Assembly: GCF_036321535.1 (NCBI RefSeq)
Contig: NC_087447.1
Span: 48,362,001-48,426,000, forward strand
DNA: 64,000 bases
Source of the DNA: Camelus dromedarius
Lineage: Eukaryota
Direction of reading: 5' to 3'
The notes under the pieces were generated by a model. The model was not told the DNA's origin. It was given only the letters and a program-made list of their open reading frames with translations, and searched no databases. Both the position numbers and the translations under genes were made by a program. Shown one piece after another: positions 22,278 through 33,809 of the stretch. Positions within the stretch are counted from its first letter, which is position 1. Every line of letters starts with the position of its first letter.

Positions 22278-25266
22278 GTTTTATTCCCTATCCTCCAGCT
22301 ACACCCAGGAGAGTGTGTGTTGGAGGGATTTATATATACAGGCCTTCTTGTGGAGCAGAGGGAAGCGCAGGGCCTAGGAAGCTGAGGACCTGGGTCCCTG
22401 TCCTGGCTGTGTGGGCACAGTCAGGCCCCTGAGGGCTCAGAGCCTACCACGTTGGTAGTGCAGGGCAGTGCTGCATGGCCTCTGAGTGTCCTCAGTCCTA
22501 TTTCTCATGACACACAATCCTTAGAAGGGCAGTCTCCAGTGTGATATAGTCACATTGTACTCAGGAAAACTGAAGCACAAAGAAAACAAAATTCTTGTCC
22601 CAGGTCACACAGGGCTCAGTGACAAAGCTGTCACCAGAACCTTGAAGGCTGCTTCCCACAGATTCACCCTTCTTAGATTAGAGGCAACACAAAGGACACA
22701 TGTGCTGGAAATGGCTTTGGTTTCTACCTTGCCAGTCTCCATTGCCTTGTCTGTGCAGAGGGTCAGGTCTGTGCCTGCCTCTAGGCAGGGTGGTCTAGGA
22801 GGCAGGAGACCTGGGTTCTGCTCCCAGCTCTCCCACTGACCCCCTGGGCATTATTGCTAGTCTTGTCAGTAAAGCAGAGCTCATAACTCTCCACAGGCTG
22901 CCATGTCATTAGTGTGAAAGTGCTTGGTGAATTCACTTTGATTTCAGGGTTCCAGCATTGCTGCTAACGTGGCCTGTGGGAGTGCCAGCCTCCTGGCCCA
23001 GCTGGGCCTGTGTAGACCACACCTGCCTCCCCAGGCTGACTTCAGCAGTCAACAGTGCCGCATGCACCTCTCCTGTCCTGGGGGAGGACACCCCTCACTG
23101 GAGTCTGGGTTTGGGTCTTAGCAAAGTCCCAAGTTTATATGAGAGTGGGTGGCTACTTCTGCAGTGACTTTAGAGGTGTCAGAAAAGGCCCCTTTGATAT
23201 CTAGATTGCTTAGATTCCACCATAAGCACCATATTAGCATAAGGTTTTCTTAACTGGGGACTCAGCACCAATCAGCCATTTTTGAACCTCAGGGGAAAGC
23301 AGCAGGAGACCTTGAGATGTAGACTCCAGACCAAGGTTCTAGGAAGCATCTCTGCATGTTCATCAAAGAATGTGGGCTTTGGAGTTAAATACACCTCAGG
23401 TGTTCTACTTACCAGTTTTGTGCCCCTGGGCAAACTGCTTCGCCTCTCAGCCTGTTTCTTACAGTGAAGATTATAACCCCTATCTTGCAGTTTGTGGGAA
23501 ACAGTGAAGCAGACTCTGCCCTGAGGCAGGACCCAGCTGGTGAGGTGGTAGTAGGTGCCCTGTTATTACTAATAAGAGCAAACAAGTGGGTGAGGGAGTG
23601 TGGGACCTGCCTTGTAAAACTCTAGCATGCCAGGTCTTCTTTGGGCCAGGAGGAAAGCCTGCCCCTAACTTTTCCTTCAGGGTGAGACTCTTAAGCCTGT
23701 TCTCAGGCCTGATAAGAGACTGTTATGAAATTACCTGTTATCTTTAGTCCTGCCTTATGAGTCAGCTAAAGGAGGTCGTGTCATTATTGGTGTTAAGGGC
23801 TGGGGACAGCTTCTGAGGCCTCCTGGGACACTGTCCAGTGGTTCTACCACCTTTCCCAGCTCACTGTCCCAGGATCATGCACAGAACCATGATGGTCTCG
23901 AGGCCTTGCGTCCATCCCAGTGTCTGAACCACAAGGCTGGTGAATGAATCAGCTGACACACACACTTAGGGCAACAAATTGCCCATTTCCTCTGGTGCAA
24001 GTGAACAGCCTACCTCACAGGATGAACGATGACAATTAAAACTGCATGGGTTGCATTGGGTCCTCCACTTATGCTGCCCCACAGAGAACAGCCTGGGTGG
24101 GCTGCCACCTTCACCCTGGCTCACGGCAGCCAACCCTGTCCCTCTGGGGGACTGTGAGACCTCAGTTCAATTTGTCATAGCTAGGAGGATGAGGAATCCT
24201 GGTCTCTCCTTCCTTTTCCAGGACCCCTTGCCCATGCACTGAAGGACCCAGCCTCTAGCTGTGACCAGTGGGAAGGGTGCAGTAGCATCAGCTGCTTTAG
24301 GCCATATGAGAAGGGAGCTTATGTTCTCTGGGCCTGGCTCCACAGGTGCCCAACAGGATTCCCAAAGGACCCCAGCACTGGTCCCTGGAGGAAGAGTCCA
24401 CAGGGGGAGGGAGGAGACTGAGTCTTAGTCCCAGTTCAGCTGCTGGCTTCCTGTGTCCTTGCCTGCATGACTTGTCTCAGCCTTCAGCTTCTTCAGACAT
24501 TTATAAAATAGGCCTGGATGGCTTAATTTTAAGGGCTTAGCCCCACACAAGATACTTTGGGATTCTGGAACCTGAGTCCCCCATTGAAACAGAAGTAGCT
24601 ATGCCCAACTGCTTTCCTGCCTCTAAGGACAGGTGGTAGGAAGAGGGACAGGGAGGCTGACTCTCCTGTGCTGCCTAAGCCCTGGCTTGTCCTGTCACCT
24701 TGGGATCTCTAGCTGAAGATGAGGGAGAGACTCCAAATGGAAGAGTCCTCAGGCTGAGGCCAGATGTTTGCTCTGTAGCCTGCCTCCTAAGGGTGTGACT
24801 GTGGAGGATGGGAAGCAGGCTGACTTGTCCTCACTCAGCCTGAGACTTTGAGGTGGGCTCCCCATTTGTAAAATGGAATAAAATAAGCACGTGGCATCAA
24901 GATTCCCAAGTTCCTCTAAATCTTCCAAGCAGCAAAGGAGATGCAGGGGAGAGAATAATACTCATTCTACAGATAAATAGGCCAGGGGGTTGAAAAGGCA
25001 GGCACTGGAGTACCAGGCATTGGTGAGGGAAAGTTCAAATGACCTGTGGAGACCAAGGCCATTGATGACTAAGGCCTGGTAAGGAAAGAGATGTGGACCA
25101 GATGACTTCCACAGACCCCAGATTGGATGCTGGAGATAGAAGGTGGGTCACACCCCCCTTTCCAAGTCTGGTGGCTCTTCCCCTGCCCACCAAGTGCCAA
25201 AATTGGCCCATCAGACCAAGACCCCTGGTAACAGACAGAGGGAGGAGACACCAAGGTTGAGCTTGT

Positions 25267-25272
25267 TTTATG
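25267..25272 (-). terminator. UCP2 poly(A) signal (non-canonical CATAAA)
   Basis: Minus-strand CATAAAacaagctcaaccttgg about 305 nt after the stop; resembles the UCP2 mRNA 3' end as I recall it. Confidence 0.6.
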
Positions 25273-25576
25273 AGTGATGTGCTAGCTGGGCTTGGGAGCA
25301 GGAGGAAGAGTCGGGCTGAACTTTTCAAGAGACTGAGGGCTTGAGATCCTGGCCGGTGCCAGGTTTCCCTCAGTGTCAGCTGGGGTTAACTCCATGGGGA
25401 CTGTGAGAGGCAACAGGAGCTGAGGGGTGAGAACGTGAGGAGAGGGAGGCAGGTGGTGGGAAAGGGAGTAGGAGGAAGGGGTTGGGAGAGAGGGGAGGGG
25501 AGGAGGAAAAGGGAAGCAGGGCCTGGCTGGAGCTGAAGCCAAAGCCGGAGGTGGTCAGGTCAGCAGCAGGAGAGGC

Positions 25577-25691
25577 TCAAGAGGAAGCCTCCGTGGAAGC
25601 GCAGGCAGCCATGAGGGCCCGTTTCAGCTGCTCGTAGGTGACGAACATCACCACGTTCCAGGAACCGAGTCGGAGAAAGGAGGGCATGAAC
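25577..25691 (-). CDS. UCP2: UCP2 exon 8 coding part
   Basis: ctctag| [40 protein letters not shown]. Confidence 0.96.
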
Positions 25692-26041
25692 CTAGAGGGG
25701 AGAAAACACAGGTCATCTCCCACTCACCCTGCTGGGCCCTTGCATCCAACCCTACCCACTTCTCTGTCCCAAGGAGGTTGGGAGGGTCCAGAGAAAGGAG
25801 CTGTGGGTGGTGAGCAAGAATCCTCTGTGAGTCTCCATTTTAACAGCAATAAAGTAGGCATGATAGCAACTCTGAGAGGAAGGAGTTAAGAGCACGAGGA
25901 TGCCAGGGAAATACCAGGACCAGGATCAGAAACGGTTTGACACTTGGTTGCCACTCAGTTCCAGGTTGTTCTTTCCCACCTGTGTGACAGGTACGGGTAG
26001 TCAGAAGGCCTGGGGTTGGGTGGGGTGGGTTGGAGGCTCAC

Positions 26042-26222
26042 CCTTTGTAGAAGGCTCGGGGACCCTCCTTCTGGAGCATGGTGAGGGCACAGTGGCCAGC
26101 GCTGCTGTACTGGCCCAAGGCAGAGTTCATGTATCTCGTCTTGACCACGTCGACGGGGGAGGCGATGATGGTGGTGCAGAAGCCCGCCCCGAAGGCGGAA
26201 GTGAAGTGGCAAGGAAGGTCAT
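26042..26222 (-). CDS. UCP2: UCP2 exon 7
   Basis: [33 protein letters not shown]...RAFYKG; AG/GT boundaries. Confidence 0.97.
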
Positions 26223-26572
26223 CTGCCAAAGAGGGAGAGCAGGTGAGGCAGTCAGGACTCCTCACCTCATTATTCCAGAAGGAAAGAGATGACTTAAGTA
26301 GCTAGGGTCTCGTGGTTTCAGAGAGACAGAGACTCCAGCTGGGACCTCTCCTGAGAAGAGTCATTTTGAGGAGTCATTTTGCTAATCTAGCCTCAGTGCC
26401 TCAATGTGCAAGGTGGAAACTTTGTCCCAGTTGGTGTCAAGGCGGCAAGGGAAACTCATTCCATAAGCAAAGGGGAAATAGGGTGAAAAGATGTGGTCTT
26501 CAGGCAGCCAGACCCACACCAGCTCCTGGGTTAGTGGAAGGGCGAGACCCAGCACTATCTACCCAAACTCAC

Positions 26573-26674
26573 CCGTCATGAGATTGGTCTTCAGGAGAGT
26601 GTCCTTGATGAGGTCATAGGTCACCAGCTCAGCACAGTTGACAATGGCATTTCGAGCAATATTGGGCGAGGTCC
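26573..26674 (-). CDS. UCP2: UCP2 exon 6
   Basis: [37 protein letters not shown] boundaries. Confidence 0.97.
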
Positions 26675-26755
26675 CTACAGGAGGAAGGGGTCCCTATGTG
26701 AGACCAGGGAAAAGGGGAGGAGGAAGATGGGGAAGGCGAAACACCTTGTACACAC

Positions 26756-26950
26756 CTTTCCAGAGTCCCCGAAACCCTTCCTCCTGCGCAATGATCTTAT
26801 AGGCCTCAATAGTGCTCTGGTACCTCTGGCCACCTCCAGTACGGGCCTGTGCTTGGAACCGGACCTTTACCACATCCGTTGGCTGGGCCACAGCCACAGC
26901 CAAGGCACCTGTGGTGCTGCCTGCCAGGAGGCGGCTCCCGATGCCAGCAT
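26756..26950 (-). CDS. UCP2: UCP2 exon 5
   Basis: [34 protein letters not shown]...GLWK; AG/GT boundaries. Confidence 0.97.
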
Positions 26951-27810
26951 CTGTGGAGGAACTGTGGGGGTTAGTGGCCAGCTGGGCTTGCACTCATTTG
27001 CCACCTCTCCTCCCCAAAAGCACCACTGTAATCTCTCATCTTCACTCTAACTTCTTGTCTTTCTGTAATAAGACCCAAACCAGCTCTGTTCTAAGGACTC
27101 TTTGCATTATACAGAATACCACTGGGAGTGTCTACTAATTGCTAGGCACTGGGACATAGCAAGGAGTAGGACAAAATGATACTTAATGATTTCTTCCATA
27201 AAGCATTTTCAGTCACTTCAATTTATCTGCTCAACAGCCCTGAGAAATCAGAATCATTTCCATTTGACAAATATAAAAACCCAGGCTCCAAGGGAAGAGG
27301 CTTTCTCAAGGACTGGGAGTCACAGGACTTGAGTTCTTATCCCAGATCTACTTCTCCCTGCCATGTGATCTTGGGAAAAGTCAACCTTTTGATCTGGGTT
27401 CTCAGTTTCTACAAGTGTAAAACTCAGGGTGGGCATGGCATGCTGAGGAGGTGAAATGGAAGAATGCTGGCCTTGGAAGCAGAAGTGTGTTTTCCAGCTT
27501 CTTGTTGTGTGCCCTTGGCCAAGTCCCTTCCCCCTGGCAAGCCTCAGTTTCTTCATCTGTAACACAGGGATGATACCACTTGTTCCTGAGGTGACTGTGA
27601 GGACTGTCATGAGATAATGCCCTGCTGGAAGCCTGGCATAGCCCAAGTGTTCAGGGATCATTAGAAGAATCAGGGCCCATTCTGGTTCTCAGTTCCTCTG
27701 AAATTCCTCTCAGGTGTCTTGGGGCCTAAAGGAACTATGCAACTAAAAGAACTAGGATCAGCCATCAATGAGAAGAGGACAAGAGGCCTGTGGCCCAGCT
27801 CCACACTCAC

Positions 27811-28021
27811 GCTCAGAGCCCTTGGTGTAGAATTGCTTGACAGAGTCATAGAGGCCAATTCGGACGGAGGCGAAGCTCATCTGGCGCTGCAGGCCGGCGA
27901 CCAGCCCATTGTAGAGGCTGCGAGGGCCCTCGGTGCGCACCATAGTCAGGATGGTGCCCAGCACGCCGCGGTATTGGGCACTGGCAGCAGCCTGCACTGG
28001 CCCCTGCCTTTCTCCTTGGAT
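27811..28021 (-). CDS. UCP2: UCP2 exon 4
   Basis: [32 protein letters not shown]...FYTKGSE; AG/GT boundaries. Confidence 0.97.
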
Positions 28022-28177
28022 CTGCAAGGCCAAGGCAGGTGGTTGCCCTCCCCATCTCCTGTCATCCCTATGCTCTAAAATTTACAGCCTCAAACACCCC
28101 ACTAGCCCTTGAGGAATCTGTGTCTTGGAGAAGGAGCAGACTAGCCACCATCAGAACCCTGGGCGTCACCCCCTTAC

Positions 28178-28303
28178 CTGTAGCCGGACTTTAGCAGTAT
28201 CCAAGGGGAAGGTGATGAGGTCTGCAATGCAGGCAGCTGTACCAGCCCCCAGGAACTTAACAGTGGCAGTAGGGGGCACATCTGTAGCCTTAAACCCAAC
28301 CAT
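28178..28303 (-). CDS. UCP2: UCP2 exon 3 coding part (exon probably begins at 28394)
   Basis: [42 protein letters not shown] |gtaag. Confidence 0.97.
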
Positions 28304-30796
28304 AATGCTGATTTCCTGCTACCTCCGAAGAAAAACTGAAGAAGGGGGCCCCTTTGATCAGCAACAAGATGAGACAGAGGAACTCTGCAGGAAACTAAGC
28401 CAAGGAGAAGCCCCATCAGTAGCTGAACCCCCAGACTCTCCCCACTGACTATCCCTCCCCCAGCTTCCCAGATAGCACCACCTCCCTAAGCAAGGACTCA
28501 GAGCAGCCCCGGAGGACAAATAGGAGTGAGTTTCACAGTTTCAAATACGGGCTGGAGGATGGAAATCTGTATTTTGTGACGAGCTCCCTCCCTTTCACCA
28601 CAGGCAGCGTCTGGATCCCAGCTCTCTAGTGCTGCCTCACAAACAAGCACCGGCCCAGCCCTGCGTCTGCTGGGTACATCTTGCACTAAGCCCCGCATTC
28701 CTGACTCTGTGGATCTGTCTGGAGGGCAGGCAGAAGTGGGGAAAAGGTTTCAGCCAGACCAGGACCTGACAGGCACAAACCCACAGGCTTGTGCCCTAGA
28801 TTTCTAAGTAGAAGAGGTTCCTATGGGTCTAGAGTTGTCTAAATCTAGAAGAAAAGGAATGAACAAGACCAATTTGACTCCTTCAGTCTTCTTCTTTTCC
28901 TTCCCCACCAGCCCTCCCACAGCTTGGGCTCTCTAGAGTCACTCTTTCAAGGAGCCTTCTTTGCTAGGGGCTGGTTCAGAGATGCAGGAGACAATATCTA
29001 TCCTAGAGGGGCGCTTATTGTCTGGCACAGGGGTGGGCAGGTGATTCAAGCTGCATTCGGGGCTTGCAGAACATACTCTCAAAATGCAGAGGAGGGAACA
29101 ACCAACTCTACTGAAACAGAAGGAAGAAAGGGTGGGTAATCAGAAACGACTTAGCTGGGCCTTGAAGGACGCTGGGCAATTCTCAGGGCTAAGAGTAAGT
29201 GCGTAGGTGCTAGACTCTCTCCCCCAGTCTACTGTGTGATGGAGGAAAAACTGACACTGTGGCCAGTTTCCTCTCCTCCAACAGAGGTAGTCATGTCTTC
29301 ATGAGAGGTGGGGATGGGGAAGGGCAGGTCAGAGCTATTTAGAGTGACAAAGGAAACCAAAAGCTCCATTTTGTTCTCAGAATTGGAGCAACACCCTCCT
29401 CTGCTTTAGGAGGAAGTGAGCCCAGCACCCCAGTGCGGGAGGGTGACCTGCTTCTCTCCCTTCTGAGCTTATTTCTTTACTACATAGGACATGCTGCTTT
29501 GAGCCCTGCTTGCCCGATTGGCTGCCCCTGTTGCTGGGGCCAGAAGGAAGGAGCTGGCCAGCAGAGGATGATGTGGTGGGAGTCAGTAGTGAACACACAG
29601 ACCCATGGAAACAAATAGCTCACTCTGCTTCTTCCTCCTGGGCGTCTCACCCCAGGTGGCTGGGAAACAGGGAAATCTAGGGCTACTCACCACTCAGTTG
29701 CTCAGGAGCCCCTGTAGGGTGGTGCCTGGCCTTATTCATGTTTCTCTAGAGCCTGGCCCATACAAGGCTCAGTGAAGACTGGCACTTAAATGGCAGAGGG
29801 AGTTGACAGTGTTACAGAACTCCCAGCTTCCCTGCTCTGACATCCTCATACCCCAGGTGGTACTCCACACCTTTCCCCACTCCTCTGCTTGCCACATTCT
29901 ATTAGTTCACTTACTCCTCAGAGCAACCCTATGCGGTGGCTGTCCTGACTTCCACATTATGGATGCAGGCTCCAAAACTTATGCTATTTGTTTTGCACTG
30001 GTGCATACCGCTGTTTTCTCAGCCCCAGGCACAGGCAGGGCCTTTCAAGAGGAAGTCCAACACCCAAGCTCTCTTGTGACATATGACAGTTCTGAGAAGG
30101 TTTAGGCGAATGGCATCCCTCCTCTGGATATCAGAAACATGATGACATGAGTCAGTCATGTCCTGACCTTGGTCTGAGTTGTAGTATGTTGCAAGGGCCA
30201 GAGAAGAATAAGACCCAGCCCCTGCCAACCTCAGAGACAAGTGCACAGAAGCTAAGTTGCCATTTTGAATGTTGCCTTGTGTTTACCATAAGTCAGGTCC
30301 TTCAGAGGTGTGGGTATGGAGGTAAAGGTCCCTGTGCTAAAGACCCTACTAAGAGGAGTAAATAAAACTCAGGCCTAACTAGAAAGAGTTAATCATATAT
30401 AACAATCCCCAGCAAATAATCAGTTTCAAGACCTAAAAAGTACACCTGATAACTAATCTCAGTCTCAAGGATAGTCAAAAATTCAACAATACATAAATAG
30501 AACAATAGAATTCTGTCCTAGCTCTGCTGCTGACTTGCAGGGTGACCTGGGGCTAATCACTATCCCAACTGGGCCTCTATCTTCTCCTTTGTAAAATGGG
30601 GATTACCATCCTTGGCTTGTCAGGGTTGGCTTAAGGGCCAGAATGAGACCAGGGATGTAAGAAAATGCTTTGTGAACTCTGAAGAGTGACTTTACTAGGA
30701 TGGTGGTGCTAGTTATTTTTATGTCCTGCTGACCCTGCCCCCAGACCACAGGGCTAGGAAGCAGTAGAAGACCCCTCCCTTAGACTGGACTCTTAC

Positions 30797-30945
30797 CTGG
30801 CTTTGTAAGGTGAGGCTTTCAAGATCAAGCTTCTCTAAAGGCATCCCATTCTTCAAAGCTGCCTGTGGCTATCATGGCCTGATCTCTTTGGTTTTCCATA
30901 GAAAATGGCTGGGAGACGAAACACCTAATGGTCATACTATGTGTC
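30797..30945 (-). other. UCP2: UCP2 exon 2 (5' UTR)
   Basis: cacag|GACACATAGTATGACC ... CTTACAAAGCCAG|gtaaga; matches the UCP2 5' UTR as recalled. Confidence 0.9.
30825..30935 (-). promoter_or_regulatory. UCP2 upstream ORF (36 aa, three in-frame AUGs)
   Basis: MTIRCFVSQPFSMENQRDQAMIATGSFEEWDAFREA*. Same length and layout as the known inhibitory, glutamine-responsive UCP2 uORF. Confidence 0.9.
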
Positions 30946-31639
30946 CTGTGGGTGGGGGCAAAGGAAGAGAGTTTAGAAAGGGAAATACGCCATAAAGGAC
31001 CACACCTCAGCAAGGAAGGGGTCACTTGCCCACTCAGTCCTTGCTTCGGGGTGAGTGGGTAGGGAACAAGGTCCAATTCCCACAAGGCAGCTGGGGACTA
31101 AACAAGTGCACACACTGGAGGGGGAAACACACTGGAGGGTGGGGTGGGGGGAAATGAACCCAGGAGTCCTGCCTCCCCTGTCTGTTCCCTTGGTACTACA
31201 AATTGCTCTCTTCAAGACTGCTGCTTTAGTGGAACTCAGGAGTCTGGAGAAGCATCCCCCAACAGTCAGCAGACTGGTGAGTAGAGTGTTGTGAGGGGGT
31301 CATGATGGGTCAGAGACTAGCTGAGTCAACTAGGCCCAGGAAGCGGGGTTGCGAGGTTAGAGGGGCTGGAGAGGGCCTTGCAGGGGCCGCATCAAGCAGC
31401 TCAAAGCCTCCTGCCAGCAGAAACAGCCCCAGGAATGGCCTGGGGCCGCCTAGGGTGGGAGAAGTCATTCTGGTCCTTGCTGAAGCCCACACCCCCAACC
31501 CTGGCCAAGCAGAGGGAGGTTGGAAGGATGAAGGCTTACATTACAGCCATTTGAACGCAAGAGGTGAAGAACAAAAGTAACACGGGAAAAGGGCGAAAGA
31601 AGAGCGTTAAGGAAAGAAAAAGAACATAAGACAGGAAAA

Positions 31640-32700
31640 ATTTAAAAATAGGCCGGAAGGCGATGAGTGAAATTAAAGGAGTAGCGCCCCGTGGCCGGCG
31701 TAGCGGGCATTAGGAAGGTGTCGCGGGCACAGGGCTGCAGCGGACCGGAGCCGGGCTCACCGGGCCGCAGGGAGAACACGGGAGTGCAGGCCGCTCTGTG
31801 TGTCGTCGGACGGAGGGCGCGTCCTGGGAGCGCTGACAGTACTTGATCCAAGGGCACGGCTGACGGGTCTTGCAGAGGGATCCGGTAAGGCTGCGGCGCT
31901 ACTTAGACCTCGGGGGCGGGACCTGCGGGATCCAAGGGCGGGGCCTACGGGCTCCGAGGGCCGGGAGGCTGCGCTCTAGCCGCCCCCTTTCCGCAGAGAC
32001 CGTCAGGCCTAGAGTTTTCTCCGCGCCTTTCTCCACTACCATTTCCGGGAGCCAATCTCCGTATCTTGCTCCTTTGTTCTCCCGTAGGGTCACCCCCTCG
32101 CTCCGCCAACCTCTTTGTGAGGATGGCAAGACTGACGCCAGGAAAGGAGCAAAGGCTGCTAGGGTCACAAACGCCTCTGCTCCCCTCCTCAGGGCTCCTT
32201 CTAACAGCTCCTAGAGGCTCGGGTGTAAGAGTGCGCCCTCTTTTCACAGACCCAGTCCGCTACCCACAACTCCACGACCCTACTGGCAAACCACCGGCTC
32301 TTCCCTCGGCGCAAGGGCGGGCTCCCACGGGGCGGAGCCTCCCGACAGGGCTCGCTGGCGATTGGTTAAGGCCGCGGCACGGCCGGAGGAAAGAGCCAAT
32401 CCGGGCTGCAGCAGCAGGTGGCCGGCAACCCGCCAACGGCCGCTGGGCGCGGCTGGGCTTCCCGCAGCCTGCCGGCTTAGCCTTGCGTTCCCCGGGGACT
32501 TCCGACCCTGATGGGGAGGGGGCGCCGAGCTTGACGCTCCCGCCGACACTTACAGCGGGCAGGCGCGAAGCGAGTGAAGAGGCCGAGCAGGGCCTGGACC
32601 TGCTGCGTGCGTAGGACCCTGCATGAGAAAGGGACTGTAGGAGATGAACCAGACCTGGGTCGCCCTCAGGTGGTCGGTGGTATCATGGGGGTGACAGACG
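31640..32700. promoter_or_regulatory. CpG island and TATA-less UCP2 promoter
   Basis: Abrupt CpG enrichment; GC boxes near 31913, 31936 and 32330; CCAAT elements near 32361 and 32396. Confidence 0.9.
31761..31880 (-). other. UCP2: UCP2 exon 1 (non-coding; TSS approximate)
   Basis: ...GTGTTCTCCCTGCGGCCCG|gtgag donor inside the CpG island. Confidence 0.8.
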
Positions 32701-32968
32701 TAGACAACCAGTAATTATGTCCTGTGGCCGGACAAACACGTGCTTGTGGAGAGTAGAAGGAGAAAGTCTCTGTTCGCCCTTGGACTCTGTGTCCCTACTT
32801 TTACGTACCATCTGTCTCCCTCTTCCTCTGTTTTCAGCCTTGTGGGCTGTCCCGGACTGTTGTAAGAATTTGTGGAAGCCAGCTCCTTGACGACATTGTA
32901 AGCTTCTGTAGAGCAGAAAGCTATTTCCAAAGTTTTTGGTATCATAACCGTCTAAAGGCCGCTCTACA

Positions 32969-33465
32969 TGTGGTCAGGAAGTGTTGCCTGACATTCTAGT
33001 AAACAAAGAATGTTGCCCGCCATCCCAGTTCTAGAAGAAATTAGCCATTAGCCACTGCAGCGTCCCACCGTGGTGATCCCTGAGAGGGATTCGGGGTGGA
33101 GAAAAACAGGAAGCATTTTCTGTGCTTTGGATACTACTGGCCTTAGATAGTTAAGGTGCACACCTAAGGGATAATTTTTTTTTTCCTAAGGGATAATTTC
33201 AGTGAACCCAAGTTCTTGCTTCTTCCCACACATAGAAAAGCACTAAAGTCATTAACTTGAGATGTCTGTTCTTTGTGTTTCACAGTAATGTTTTAATATT
33301 CGACTACATGTTTTTCCCCAGCCCAAAACTCCTACTTATCCTGGCTTCCCTGTTACCTCTGCAGAGCAGTTCTTCAGAGCTATCTGGGAGTCTGTCTCCT
33401 GGGCTATGGTAAGAGTCCCTGAATAAAACTTAACTTTTAGGTTGTGCGTTTTTCTTCAGTCAACA
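32969..33465 (+). mobile_element. Solo ERV1-type LTR upstream of UCP2
   Basis: TG...CAACA termini, perfect 4-bp TSD TACA, AATAAA at 33422. Confidence 0.85.
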
Positions 33466-33809
33466 TACAGTAGCCGCTCAATGCATGCTGTTTGGTTGAA
33501 AGTGTCTTGGAAAGTGTAATGGGAGGATCGGGAAAGATGATCATTTAGTTCAATTACTATGTTCAGATTCAGTGTGAATACCTCACATATCTCTGTGAGG
33601 CTGGTATTAACCTCCATTGTAAGAATAGCGCCAAAGAGATTAAGTCACCTGCTTAATGTCACACAGTTTGGCAATAGTGGGCCTTGACTTAAACCGTGAT
33701 CAGTCAGGCTTGATAAGTGTGTTTTCTTTATTGTCTGTACACAAGCAGAAGGAATTGTCAGCTGGGAGACTATAGCTGGAATGGGACTAGATAGCAGGAA
33801 AGAAAAACA

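Larger units (their letters stand above)
25577..28303 (-). other. UCP2: UCP2 coding span (6 coding exons, 309 aa; SLC25A8)
   Basis: complement(join(25577..25691,26042..26222,26573..26674,26756..26950,27811..28021,28178..28303)) = 930 nt. Contains three PxDxxKxR carrier motifs. Confidence 0.98.

Noticed and set aside
25577..25600. Frameshift or pseudogenisation of UCP2
   Set aside because: The exon is 115 coding nt and the total is 309 aa; the differences are substitutions only.
32066..32614. 182-aa plus-strand ORF
   Set aside because: Stop-poor CpG-island sequence with a non-ATG start and low-complexity R/P/G/A content; no recognisable domain.
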